Of a DNA stretch of 64,000 nt, positions 37,851 to 46,907 are shown one piece after another. Both the position numbers and the translations under genes were made by a program. Position 1 is the stretch's first letter. Each line of letters opens with the position of its first letter. Location of the stretch: positions 12,385-76,384 of the forward strand of contig DASREL010000107.1 of the NCBI GenBank assembly GCA_035652075.1. Reading direction: 5' to 3'. This DNA comes from Vicinamibacterales bacterium (GTDB lineage Bacteria; Acidobacteriota; Vicinamibacteria; Vicinamibacterales; CAVVIG01). Below the pieces are notes generated by a model. The model did no database searches, was not told the DNA's origin, and saw only the letters and a program-made list of their open reading frames with translations.

Positions 37851-37944
37851 GTAATGCGGATTGAGGATTGCGGATTGCGGATTGATTGTCGATTCCGCAA
37901 ATCACCAATAAATCCGCAATCCTCAATCCGCAATCCGCAATGAC
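37851..37944. repeat. ATTGMGG array palindrome (family copy 2)
   Basis: aatgcgg attgagg attgcgg attgcgg attgatt gtcgatt ... aataaat ccgcaat cctcaat ccgcaat ccgcaat gac. It shares the core ATTGATTGTYGATT and the end CAATAAATCCGCAAT...CCGCAATGAC with copy 1. Confidence 0.9.
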
Positions 37945-37955
37945 TTGGAACCCGT

Positions 37956-37994
37956 TGTAGACACTCTACGTAGTAGGGTGTAGATTGTCTACAC
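37956..37994. promoter_or_regulatory. Nested dyads upstream of PadR module 2 (candidate operator)
   Basis: TGTAGACA (37956) pairs with TGTCTACA (37986). CTACGTAG is a perfect palindrome (37966-37973). GTGTAGA-ttg-TCTACAC (37978-37994) ends 3 nt before the ATG. Confidence 0.5.
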
Positions 37995-37997
37995 ATC

Positions 37998-38357
37998 ATG
38001 ATTCGACACAAGCCGGAGCAGCAGCGGTTCGAACTGCTGCATGGGACCCTCGACATGCTGGTGCTGCGCACGCTGCAGTGGGGGCCGCAGCACGGGTATG
38101 CGATCGGCAATGCGATCCGCGCGCAGTCGTCCGAGGCGCTGCAGGTCGAGACCGGGTCGCTCTATCCCGCGCTGCACCGCCTCGAGAAGCTCGGATGCGT
38201 CAAGGCCGAGTGGGGCATGACCGAGGGCAATCAACGAGCGAAGTTCTATCGGCTGACGCCGAAAGGCAAGAAGCAGTTGCTGCGCGAGCAGGAACACTGG
38301 AGCGATCTCGTCGCAGCGATCGGCCGCGTCATGAACCCGGAGCCTGCGAAGGAGTGA
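37998..38357 (+). CDS. PadR-family transcriptional regulator (module 2)
   Basis: GTLDMLVLRTLQWGPQHGYAI...GSLYPALHRLEKLGCVKAEW...KFYRLTPKG. Confidence 0.9.
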   Translation: MIRHKPEQQRFELLHGTLDMLVLRTLQWGPQHGYAIGNAIRAQSSEALQVETGSLYPALHRLEKLGCVKAEWGMTEGNQRAKFYRLTPKGKKQLLREQEHWSDLVAAIGRVMNPEPAKE

Positions 38358-38360
38358 CCG

Positions 38361-41015
38361 ATGCGTCGCCGCGACGTTGACGAAGAGATTCAATCGCACC
38401 TCGCGATGGCCGTTCGCGATCGGATTGCCGCCGGCGAAGATCCGGCGAGCGCCGAGCTCGCCGCCATCCGCGAATTCGGCAACGTCACGCTGACGAGCGA
38501 AGCGACCAAGTCGGTCTGGCGCCGCGGATGGGAAGTCGTCGCGGCCGACGTCTGGCAGGACGTGTGCTATGCGGCGCGGCTGCTGCGGCGCAGCCCGATG
38601 TTCTCAGGCGTCGTCGTGATGGTCCTCGGTCTCGGCATCGGCGCGAACGCCACCGTCTTTACCCTCTTCAAGGCGATCTTCCTCAAGCCGCTGCCCGGCG
38701 TCGTCGCGCCGGCCGACTTGCAGGCCATCGTCGCGCGCAGCAGCGGCGGGCGGACGGTCGGCTTGTCGTATCCCGACTACGAGTACTTGCGCGATCACCA
38801 GCACGTCTTCAGCAACGTGACCGCGTCAGGCATGAGTTCCTTCAACCTCGGCATTGGCAATCGTGCCGAACGTGTCTGGGGCGAGATGGTGACCGGCAAC
38901 TACTTCGAGATGCTCGGCGTCCGCGCCAGCCTCGGGCGGACGCTGATGCCGTCGGACAACGTCGCACCCGGACAGCATCCCGTCGCGGTGATCACCGACG
39001 GCCTGTGGCGGCGCGCGTTCAGCGCCGATCCCGCGATCGTCGGCCAGACGATCCACATCAACGCGCACCCGCTGACGGTTGTCGGCGTCCTCGAGCCGGC
39101 GTTTCACGGAACCGTCGTCAGCCTCGTGATGGATATCTTCATTCCGGCGATGGAGCAGCCGGTCATCGCCGCGGCATTCCGGCCCGTGGGCACACCGCAG
39201 GCGCCGGTCGGCACCGGAATGTTGCGGCAGCGGAACACGCAGTGGGTGATGGTGCTGGGGCGGCCAAGCCCTGGTGTGTCGCTCGCGCAGTCGGCCGCCG
39301 ACGTGCGCGTGCTCGCGGCGCAATTGGCCGCCGACAATCCGACCGCCGACTTCAGCCAACGCGCTGAAGTCCTGCCGTTGTGGCGGTCGCCGTACGGCGC
39401 GCAAACGTACTTGCTGCCGGTCGTGATCCTCCTCGGCGTGATGGGCGGCGTGATTCTGCTGATCGTGTGCGCGAACGTCGCCAACCTCGTGCTCGCCCGC
39501 GGGCTGACACGCCGTGGAGAGATCGCGGTTCGAACGGCGCTCGGCGCCGCGCGCGCACGCGTCATGCGGCTGCTGCTGATCGAAAACGTCATCCTCGCTG
39601 TTCCGGGCGCGCTCGCCGGCATCGTGCTCGCGCGGGCGCTGCTGCCGCTCGCGTCCTTCGGGTCCACGCCGATTGCGCCGATGCAGGTGGAGCTCGATCT
39701 CTCGACGGATCGGCTCGTGACGGCGTACGCGCTCGCCTTGTCGTGCGCGAGCGCGGTCGTCTTTGGATTCGTCCCGGCGTTTCGGATCTCGCGCGTGAAT
39801 CTGGCCGACGTGATGAAGGACGAGCTGTCGCCGCGCGGCGCGGGCCGCACCCGACTGCGAAGCGCGCTCGTCGTCGTGCAGCTGGCGATGTCGGTGCTGC
39901 TGCTCGTCGGGGCGGCGCTCGTCTTGCGCAGCTTGAACGCATCGCGGACGGCAAACGTCGGGTTCGATCCAAACGGCGTCGTATCGCTGTCGCTCGATCT
40001 CAAGCCGAATGGGTACGACGAGGCGCGCGGACGTGTGTTTTACCAGCAACTGCTCGACAACGTGCGCGCGATGCCGCGCGTCGAAGCCGCGACGGTGGCG
40101 GCCTACCTGCCGTTGACGCTGGTCGACGGTTCGTCGTGGAGCGTGACCGTCGAGAAATACGTACGACGCAAAGACGAAGACTTGAGCTTCCTGTACAACA
40201 TCATCTCGCCCGGGTACTTCGAAACGCTGCGCGTCGGTCTCGTGGCCGGCCGCGTGTTCGACCGCCGCGACGACACGGCGGGACCGCTCGTCGCGATCGT
40301 CAACGACACGATGGCGAAGCGATTCTGGAAGACACCGGAGGCCGCGCTCGGCCAGCGGATTCGCGTGGTCAACCAATGGCGCACGATCGTCGGCGTCGCG
40401 AAGGATCTCAAGTACGCGCGGGTGACCGAGAGCCCGCGTCCCTATTTCTATCTGCCGCAGGCACAGCAGTATTTCTCGAACATGACGCTTCAGGTACGCG
40501 CCGGCGATTCGGCCAACGACCTGATTGCACGCCTACGGCCAGTCGTGCAGGCGATGGATCCGAACCTGCCGATTCTCGAGGCGCGTCCGCTGAGCGAGCA
40601 GGTGCGCGTCGCCCTCGCCGGGTACGAGCTCGCGGCGGGCACGCTCATCGTCTTTGGTGTGATGGCGATCGGGCTCGCGGCGATCGGTTTGTACGGTCTT
40701 GTGGCCTACGCGGTTGAACAGAACCGCCACGAACTCGGCATCTGCCTCGCGCTCGGCGCATCGCGCGCCGACGTGCTGCGCCGATTCCTGGTGCGCGGCC
40801 TGCGCCTGGGGACCATCGGCGCCGCGATCGGCGTCCTCGGCGCATTTGCCACGACGCGGCTGATGTCGAGCGTTCTGTACGGGGTCAGCGCCGCCGATCC
40901 GCGTTCGTTTGCGTTTGGTGTCGCCACCGTGATGACCATCACGGTGATCGCGTCGTTCCTGCCCGCGTGGCGGGCATCGCGGACCGATCCGGTGACAGCA
41001 CTTCGAAGGCACTGA
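38361..41015 (+). CDS. ADOP-type duplicated FtsX/MacB-like ABC permease (module 2)
   Basis: Same architecture as module 1. HELGICLALGA FtsX motif near the C-terminus. No ATPase gene adjacent. Confidence 0.85.
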   Translation: MRRRDVDEEIQSHLAMAVRDRIAAGEDPASAELAAIREFGNVTLTSEATKSVWRRGWEVVAADVWQDVCYAARLLRRSPMFSGVVVMVLGLGIGANATVFTLFKAIFLKPLPGVVAPADLQAIVARSSGGRTVGLSYPDYEYLRDHQHVFSNVTASGMSSFNLGIGNRAERVWGEMVTGNYFEMLGVRASLGRTLMPSDNVAPGQHPVAVITDGLWRRAFSADPAIVGQTIHINAHPLTVVGVLEPAFHGTVVSLVMDIFIPAMEQPVIAAAFRPVGTPQAPVGTGMLRQRNTQWVMVLGRPSPGVSLAQSAADVRVLAAQLAADNPTADFSQRAEVLPLWRSPYGAQTYLLPVVILLGVMGGVILLIVCANVANLVLARGLTRRGEIAVRTALGAARARVMRLLLIENVILAVPGALAGIVLARALLPLASFGSTPIAPMQVELDLSTDRLVTAYALALSCASAVVFGFVPAFRISRVNLADVMKDELSPRGAGRTRLRSALVVVQLAMSVLLLVGAALVLRSLNASRTANVGFDPNGVVSLSLDLKPNGYDEARGRVFYQQLLDNVRAMPRVEAATVAAYLPLTLVDGSSWSVTVEKYVRRKDEDLSFLYNIISPGYFETLRVGLVAGRVFDRRDDTAGPLVAIVNDTMAKRFWKTPEAALGQRIRVVNQWRTIVGVAKDLKYARVTESPRPYFYLPQAQQYFSNMTLQVRAGDSANDLIARLRPVVQAMDPNLPILEARPLSEQVRVALAGYELAAGTLIVFGVMAIGLAAIGLYGLVAYAVEQNRHELGICLALGASRADVLRRFLVRGLRLGTIGAAIGVLGAFATTRLMSSVLYGVSAADPRSFAFGVATVMTITVIASFLPAWRASRTDPVTALRRH

Positions 41016-41017
41016 CG

Positions 41018-41043
41018 CTCGGCTGAAGCCTTCGCGCTACGGG
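41018..41043 (+). repeat. Degenerate copy of the 25-nt hairpin element
   Basis: ctcggctgaagccttcgcgctacggg. It shares CTGAAG...CGCGCTAC with the other copies, but the stem is shorter. Confidence 0.4.
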
Positions 41044-41055
41044 ACGACCACCACG

Positions 41056-43131
41056 CTACGGGACGACGACGACCGGCGCCCGCCAGAACGTGGCCTTCGA
41101 CTCGCCTGGCTCGAGGACGCTGACCTGCACGTCGTATCGTCCGACCGCCAACTCGTCGAGCGGGACGCTGAAGCGCAGCGGCATCGCCTTAGTCTTCGGA
41201 TCGACTTCGCCGATGATCGCGAGCGGCGCCGTCTCGAGCGCCTTCGTCGCTCCTCGATAAAACGTCACGAACGCGACGAGCGGCTGCGTCGTGGCCTCGC
41301 TCCGTTCGTACGCCTGCAGGAACACATACAGGTCCTTGCTTTTGCTGAACACGCGCGTGACGCTCGGCAGGAGCTTCGCGCCGTCGAAAACGAGTGGATT
41401 GACGGTTTCGACGTCCTTCTTCACGGAGTAAATCGCCTGCGCAAGCGGCACGCGCTGGCTGCCGAGGACGACGGAACTGATCGGGACGCGCGCGGTTTCG
41501 CGATTCAGATTCGGGATCGTGAAGTTCGCCTGATAGGTGCCGATGCGGCCCGTTTCGGCGTCGCGAGCCAGCACCTTGATCACGTACTTGCCAGGCAGCA
41601 ACGTGAATCCCGTTTCGTACTGGACCGGATGCTTTGCCAGATCCTGCGCCGTCTGATCGGTCAGCTTGATGTCCAGCTTGTCGCGGACGTTCTGCATTGT
41701 CACGCCGTAGTCGTCCTTCACCTCGCCGATGAAGTCGATTTCGGTGCGCGCGGCGCCGCGACGACGCGCGAGCGCCAGTTCGCTGCCCGGAATCTTGACT
41801 GACACCGGCACGAAGTACTCGGCGCGATTCAACTGGAAGTAATTGATTTCCATCGCGACAGGGATGTCGGTGACGGGGTTCTCGAGCATCAGCGCTTCTT
41901 CGAGCTGGCGCTCCTTGTCGGCCGCGGTGAATTTCCCGAACTCGCGGTCAGCGAAGTAACCCTCGCGGTAGGCGAGATCGCCGGCGAGTCCATTGCGCAG
42001 TGCCACTTTGACGCGGTGGAACTTGCCGTCGAGGGCCGGATGTGTGCTCGTGTAGCCGAGGATGTAATAGCTCGACAGCGACTGCGACGCCTGCACGATC
42101 CCTTGCGACAGATCGTTGTTGTCGAATAGCGCCTTGCCGCCCGTATCTTTCGCTAACGCGTACAGCGTGTCCTGCGACCGTTGAAACTGGTTGAGCCGTG
42201 TGTTGGCTGACTGACCGGTCAGCATGCCGATCCCACGCGGCGAGGCTTGCGTCGCGTCGCCAAGAGGCGCCTCGGCGACGAGGCCGCGGGCGTCGACCGG
42301 AAAGATGGCGACGTTCGCGCGCGTGGCGGCGTTGATCGTGGCGCGCAGTTGCGCCTGATTGTCGACGCCGTTCAGCCGCAGTCCGCTCGAGAAGTACACG
42401 AGCGATTTCTGCTCGGGCAGCGACCGCAGCATCGTCGCGGCCGTCTGCAGCGCCGACAGCTGCCGATCGGTGTTCAGAATATTGAACTCCGCATCGTCTT
42501 GGCCGAATGCGCTGCCGACGTCAGTCTCCTGGTCGGGCAGGTCGCTCGCATCGCGCGACTCGCCGTAAATCAACGTCTCGACGACTTGCTGGAGCGCCGC
42601 GCGGTCGCCGTTGAAATCCGTTTTGACGCGGACCGCGCCGTTCTGGAACGTCAGGATCGCGACAAGGTCCTGCGGCCGGATCTGCTCGGCGAGATATTTC
42701 CGTGCGGCGGTGAATGCGCGCATCTGATCGGGCGGCGGCATCGAACTGAGATCGAAATACAGAACGATCAGCCGCCGATCGCGATAGCGAATGGCCCCGG
42801 CCGTCGAGGCGGCGATGGTCGGTTGCACCGCTGGCGCAGCGCTCGCGGCGCGCGGTGGAGGCGGCGGCGCCGGCGGCAGCGGACGATCGACGGCCGGATC
42901 GATCTCGATGCGCTGAAAGGCGACTTGCGAGATCGTCTGCGGCTCGCCGTCTTCGGTGAGCACGAAGTCGTTCGCGGTGAGCCCATCGATGGGTTTGCCC
43001 TGTTTGTCGGTGACCGTCACGTCGACCACGTTCAGGCGTGCGCCGCTTCTGAAGACCGGCGTCTGGCCGGGTTGCTGCGCTGCGACGAGCGCGGACCCGC
43101 ACGCGATCAACACAAGCACGCGACGCAGCAT
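41056..43131 (-). CDS. Secreted VWA-domain protein (acidobacterial TIGR03436-like)
   Basis: The start is set at MLRRVLVLIACGSALVAAQQ (signal peptide), with the ATG overlapping the upstream stop (TGATG). FRSGARLNVVDVTVTDKQGKPIDGLTANDF and LIVLYFDLSSM are VWA-like motifs. Confidence 0.75.
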   Translation of the reverse strand: MLRRVLVLIACGSALVAAQQPGQTPVFRSGARLNVVDVTVTDKQGKPIDGLTANDFVLTEDGEPQTISQVAFQRIEIDPAVDRPLPPAPPPPPRAASAAPAVQPTIAASTAGAIRYRDRRLIVLYFDLSSMPPPDQMRAFTAARKYLAEQIRPQDLVAILTFQNGAVRVKTDFNGDRAALQQVVETLIYGESRDASDLPDQETDVGSAFGQDDAEFNILNTDRQLSALQTAATMLRSLPEQKSLVYFSSGLRLNGVDNQAQLRATINAATRANVAIFPVDARGLVAEAPLGDATQASPRGIGMLTGQSANTRLNQFQRSQDTLYALAKDTGGKALFDNNDLSQGIVQASQSLSSYYILGYTSTHPALDGKFHRVKVALRNGLAGDLAYREGYFADREFGKFTAADKERQLEEALMLENPVTDIPVAMEINYFQLNRAEYFVPVSVKIPGSELALARRRGAARTEIDFIGEVKDDYGVTMQNVRDKLDIKLTDQTAQDLAKHPVQYETGFTLLPGKYVIKVLARDAETGRIGTYQANFTIPNLNRETARVPISSVVLGSQRVPLAQAIYSVKKDVETVNPLVFDGAKLLPSVTRVFSKSKDLYVFLQAYERSEATTQPLVAFVTFYRGATKALETAPLAIIGEVDPKTKAMPLRFSVPLDELAVGRYDVQVSVLEPGESKATFWRAPVVVVP

Positions 43132-46052
43132 CAGAATCGCACTCGCAGCGTGCTGCTCAATTTGCGCATCGCGTTCGCCTGGATCGGCAACCCGAATTGC
43201 GGACTGCCGACGATGGTGTTGAGACCTGTGTAGGTGACGTGATTCAGGATGTTCGTGGCGTCGACGCGCCAATCGAGCGACCAGCGGCCGCTGCCGAGAA
43301 ACGACCGTCCTGCGCCCGCGTCGAGCGAAAACTGCGACGGCCCGCGGATCGAATTGCGGCCAGCGGTGCCCCATTCTCCGCGTGCCGGCGCGACGAAGGC
43401 GCCGCCGTTCGCATCGCCGCGAATCGATCCGGTGATCGCGGTGCCGGGTACCGAGGTCAGGAAGACCGGCGTGAGCGGCAGGCCGCTGCCCACGGTCAGC
43501 TGACTGGTCAGCGTCCACCCTTTGAGCAGCGCGCCACGCAGGCCGTCGACGAGCGCGCCGCCAGAGACGCCGACGCCGGAGGTGTATTGGAAATTCGCCG
43601 TGACGAGATGCCGTTGATCGAACGTCGACGGCGCGCGCTCGGCGTCCAGATGCAGCCAGTCCTGCGCGATTGCCGATCCGTTCATGCTGGCGCCCAGAAA
43701 TGCCGCTGCTGCATCATCGGTCGATTTCGAGAGCGTGTACTGCACCGATGCCGCGAGGCCGTTGCGGAGGCGCCGCCGCAGTTGCAGCTGCGCCGCGTTC
43801 CGGTCCGATGTGCCATTCGACGCGAGATACACGAAACCCGACGGGCACGCCGGACAGGGATTCGCGGCGCCGATTGGATACGTGTTGGGCAGTGACTCCT
43901 GAAGCAGATGCGTCCCGTGCGTGCCGAGGTACGACGCCACGATCGTCAACGACGCCGGCAGATCGCGCTGCACGAGCAGTTGCCAGTTGTGCGCGTAGCC
44001 GACTCTGAAATCGCGATCGACGGCAAAGGTGTTCGTCGCGGCCGCTCCGGATGTGGCGAAACCATTGGCGAGCGTCAGTGGATGCGTGGGGCTTGATTCG
44101 ACGCTGAGCGTCGTCGACAGCGGTGGTTGCTGCGCCAGCAAGAGATCGATTGCTGAATACACCGATGTGTTGCGGTAGATTCCGTAGCCGCCGCGGACGA
44201 CGAGCGAGGATCCGGCCAACGGCCGCCACGCGACACCGACCCGCGGTTGAAACCCGCCGAAGTCCGCACGCAACGGATTGCTCGAGACCACCTGCGTCGC
44301 CGATGCGAAGTCCGGCGCCAGATTGAGATTCACCAGGCGTCCCAATTGCTCGGTGAACGGCGACTCGAACTCCCAGCGGACGCCGATGTTGGCGGTAAAC
44401 GCCGGGCTGAGGCGCCAGTCGTCTGTCACGTACGCATCGGCGTTTGTGGCGCGCAGCAGCTTGTCGGCGTTGCCGTACGCAATCGCACTCGAATGGGGCA
44501 GTCCCAGCAGGAAATCGCCGACATCCGATCCGGTGGCAAAACCGGTGAACGTGAAGGCGCCGCGCGCGTTCTGCTGAGACGTGACGTCGAGCCGACGCAG
44601 CTTGACGTCGCCGCCAAACGTGACGTTGTGACGGCCGTGATTCCACAGCATTTCGCCGCCGACCGCATGCGTCTGGTCCCGGTTCGACGCGAACTGCGTG
44701 CTCGTCAGCGCCGCGATCCCGCTCGAAAACGCCAGGTTCGGCGAGCCCCAATTCGCCGGGTCCTGGCTGTTGCCGGTGATGCCGGCGTCGCCTGAGACGT
44801 TCTGTCGAAACGCGAAGTACGGCGTCGCGTGCGTGATGAGCGTGGTGTACTGATATCGAAGCCGCAGCGTGAAGAACTGCGAGAACCGATGCGACCATGT
44901 CATCGGCGCATCGACGCCGGTGACGACGTTCGAATCGACGAACCCGAAGATGTTGGCGGCGTCCACCGAAGTCCGCTGAAAGGAGACGGTGCCATAGACC
45001 TGGTTCTTCTGTCCCAGCGTTTGGATGACACGTGTCTGCACTGCGTCTTGAATCGTCGTCGCGAGCACCGGTGCCTGGAAGTTGAATCCTCCTACGCCAT
45101 CGACATTCGGCGTCGGATAGAAATTCATCAGCGCGGCCGCTTGCGGGCTGATGCGCGAGGCGGGAATCACGTTGTTGGGAAATGGCCGTCCGGTCAACGG
45201 ATCGGTAATGGGCGAAGAGAAGATGCCTCGGCGTTCATCGGTCGTCGGCACCAGCGTCGATTGCGTCGTCGCATCGTGGTTCGACGTGTGCTGATAGCCG
45301 AGGAATACATTCGCTTTCGTGCGGAGGCCGGGGATCTTGACGGGTCCCGCGAAGGACCCGACGGCTTGCGCGTCCGAGTACGACGGCTTTGGCGCGGGCT
45401 GATCCGTGAACGAGAACGGCCGCGCGTCCCAGGCGGAGTTGCCGAAAATTACTCCGATGCCGCCGTTGTAGAGCGACCGCGCGCCGCGCCGGTTGTTGCC
45501 GAACGCGGCGAGCTGCGCGAACGGCGATGACGCGCTGTTGTTGACGCTGCCGTTGATCAGAAAGCCTTCGGCCGCATCGCCGGATCGATCGTCTCCGCCG
45601 GCGCCCGCCGCGATTGGCGCATCGGCCGCGCGCGTCGCCGTCACCGTGGCCCGTTGAAATCCTGCGCCGTTGGTGGCACGCGCCGTCAGCGACGGCGCAC
45701 CGGTCTTCACCTCGTTCTTAACGACGTGGCCACTGGCGATCTGATCGAACGGCATGATCGTGAGCGCGAAGACCGGAGCCGGTGCGCCGGCTGCGACGAC
45801 GATGTCCTGGCGTGCGGACATGAATCCAAGCATCGCGACGTCGATCGTCCACGGACCGTCGGTCAGGTCGGCGAATCGATAGGTGCCGTCCTCGTCCGTC
45901 ACGGTCGCGTGCGATTCGCCGCCGTGCGTCGCGGTGACGGCGGCGCCGGGGACCGGCAGTCCCGCAAACGTCACCTGACCGCGGTGTTCCGCCGCTGACG
46001 CGGTGCCGGCAATCGCGCACGCGATCAGCAGACACGCCGTCTCAATTCGCAA
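43131..46052 (-). CDS. Outer-membrane beta-barrel, TonB-dependent-receptor-like, with an N-terminal carboxypeptidase-regulatory-like domain
   Basis: Signal peptide, then GQVTFAGLPVPGAAVTATHGGESHATVTDEDGTYRFADL (CarboxypepD_reg pattern). A long Gly/aromatic-rich barrel follows, ending in LRVRF (terminal Phe). Confidence 0.75.
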   Translation of the reverse strand: MRIETACLLIACAIAGTASAAEHRGQVTFAGLPVPGAAVTATHGGESHATVTDEDGTYRFADLTDGPWTIDVAMLGFMSARQDIVVAAGAPAPVFALTIMPFDQIASGHVVKNEVKTGAPSLTARATNGAGFQRATVTATRAADAPIAAGAGGDDRSGDAAEGFLINGSVNNSASSPFAQLAAFGNNRRGARSLYNGGIGVIFGNSAWDARPFSFTDQPAPKPSYSDAQAVGSFAGPVKIPGLRTKANVFLGYQHTSNHDATTQSTLVPTTDERRGIFSSPITDPLTGRPFPNNVIPASRISPQAAALMNFYPTPNVDGVGGFNFQAPVLATTIQDAVQTRVIQTLGQKNQVYGTVSFQRTSVDAANIFGFVDSNVVTGVDAPMTWSHRFSQFFTLRLRYQYTTLITHATPYFAFRQNVSGDAGITGNSQDPANWGSPNLAFSSGIAALTSTQFASNRDQTHAVGGEMLWNHGRHNVTFGGDVKLRRLDVTSQQNARGAFTFTGFATGSDVGDFLLGLPHSSAIAYGNADKLLRATNADAYVTDDWRLSPAFTANIGVRWEFESPFTEQLGRLVNLNLAPDFASATQVVSSNPLRADFGGFQPRVGVAWRPLAGSSLVVRGGYGIYRNTSVYSAIDLLLAQQPPLSTTLSVESSPTHPLTLANGFATSGAAATNTFAVDRDFRVGYAHNWQLLVQRDLPASLTIVASYLGTHGTHLLQESLPNTYPIGAANPCPACPSGFVYLASNGTSDRNAAQLQLRRRLRNGLAASVQYTLSKSTDDAAAAFLGASMNGSAIAQDWLHLDAERAPSTFDQRHLVTANFQYTSGVGVSGGALVDGLRGALLKGWTLTSQLTVGSGLPLTPVFLTSVPGTAITGSIRGDANGGAFVAPARGEWGTAGRNSIRGPSQFSLDAGAGRSFLGSGRWSLDWRVDATNILNHVTYTGLNTIVGSPQFGLPIQANAMRKLSSTLRVRF

Positions 46053-46899
46053 CCGGATGTTCCACCTTGTCGATCACGAGCACTTTGACCGGACCCTTCT
46101 GCGAATCGAGCTTCAGTCCCAGCTGCTCCTGCACCGCCGTGAACAGTGAAGGACCATTCGGATCGATCGCCACACCGTTGACGAGCGGTTCGGGCGCACC
46201 CGGCGGCCGCTGCGGCAGGTTGTCCGGCGTCCATGTCAGGTTCATGTCGTAGGCGCCAGCCAGCCCGGTTTTGTCGACGACCATGCGCCCGGCAAATTGC
46301 GACAGGACCGTCGCGATTTGCGCGATCGGCGAGCTGCCGACGACCATGTTTCCAAATCCAATGCGGATGCCGCATGGCATCGGCTGCCCTGGCGCCGGAG
46401 GCGGCGGCGGCGCCGCGCCGCGGCCGCGTCCCGTCAGCGCCGCGCAATCGACGTTGGATTTCGTCAACTGCGGACCGAGCTTGCCGTCCGGCCGGTTCAA
46501 CACGAGCGCGAAGATTGGCATCTCGCGTTCCTCGTCGTGGACGACGAGCTTGAAGCGATCCGCGAGCAGCGCGCGCATCATCAGCTGGATCGGTCCGACC
46601 TGCCCGGGCGGCGTGAGCGGCGCGACGAAACCGTCTTCGGCCTTTGCGTTGATGTCGAAGCGGTCGTTCGCGACCCAATCCGGTCCGCCGACGATCTGCG
46701 ACTCCTGCAGACCGTAGGCGTTGCGGATCAGTTGTCGGAGCGACACGTTCGATGCGGTGAACCGACCGCCGGGCTGCATGCCCATCATCACGCGCCCATC
46801 GCCGGAGTTGTTCGGTTTGATCGACGCGACCTCGAATTGGGGAGTGCCCTGCGCGAGCGTCGCAGCGGCAAACGCCGCCAGCATCAGTGTTCTGATCAT
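46042..46899 (-). CDS. Stand-alone TIGR03435-like (Solibacter-type) secreted protein
   Basis: Signal peptide, then PQFEVASIKPNNSG, GGRFTASNVSLRQLIRNAY, GGPDWVANDRFDI, and C-terminal KGPVKVLVIDKVEHP. Confidence 0.75.
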   Translation of the reverse strand: MIRTLMLAAFAAATLAQGTPQFEVASIKPNNSGDGRVMMGMQPGGRFTASNVSLRQLIRNAYGLQESQIVGGPDWVANDRFDINAKAEDGFVAPLTPPGQVGPIQLMMRALLADRFKLVVHDEEREMPIFALVLNRPDGKLGPQLTKSNVDCAALTGRGRGAAPPPPPAPGQPMPCGIRIGFGNMVVGSSPIAQIATVLSQFAGRMVVDKTGLAGAYDMNLTWTPDNLPQRPPGAPEPLVNGVAIDPNGPSLFTAVQEQLGLKLDSQKGPVKVLVIDKVEHPVAN

Positions 46900-46907
46900 G
46901 TTCGTTC

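Noticed and set aside
41033-41067. Direct duplication cgctacgggacgac x2 at the 3' end of the VWA gene
   Set aside because: This is a real 14-nt duplication that includes the stop-codon region. It is short, single, and explainable as local slippage next to the degenerate hairpin element. It does not warrant a separate finding.
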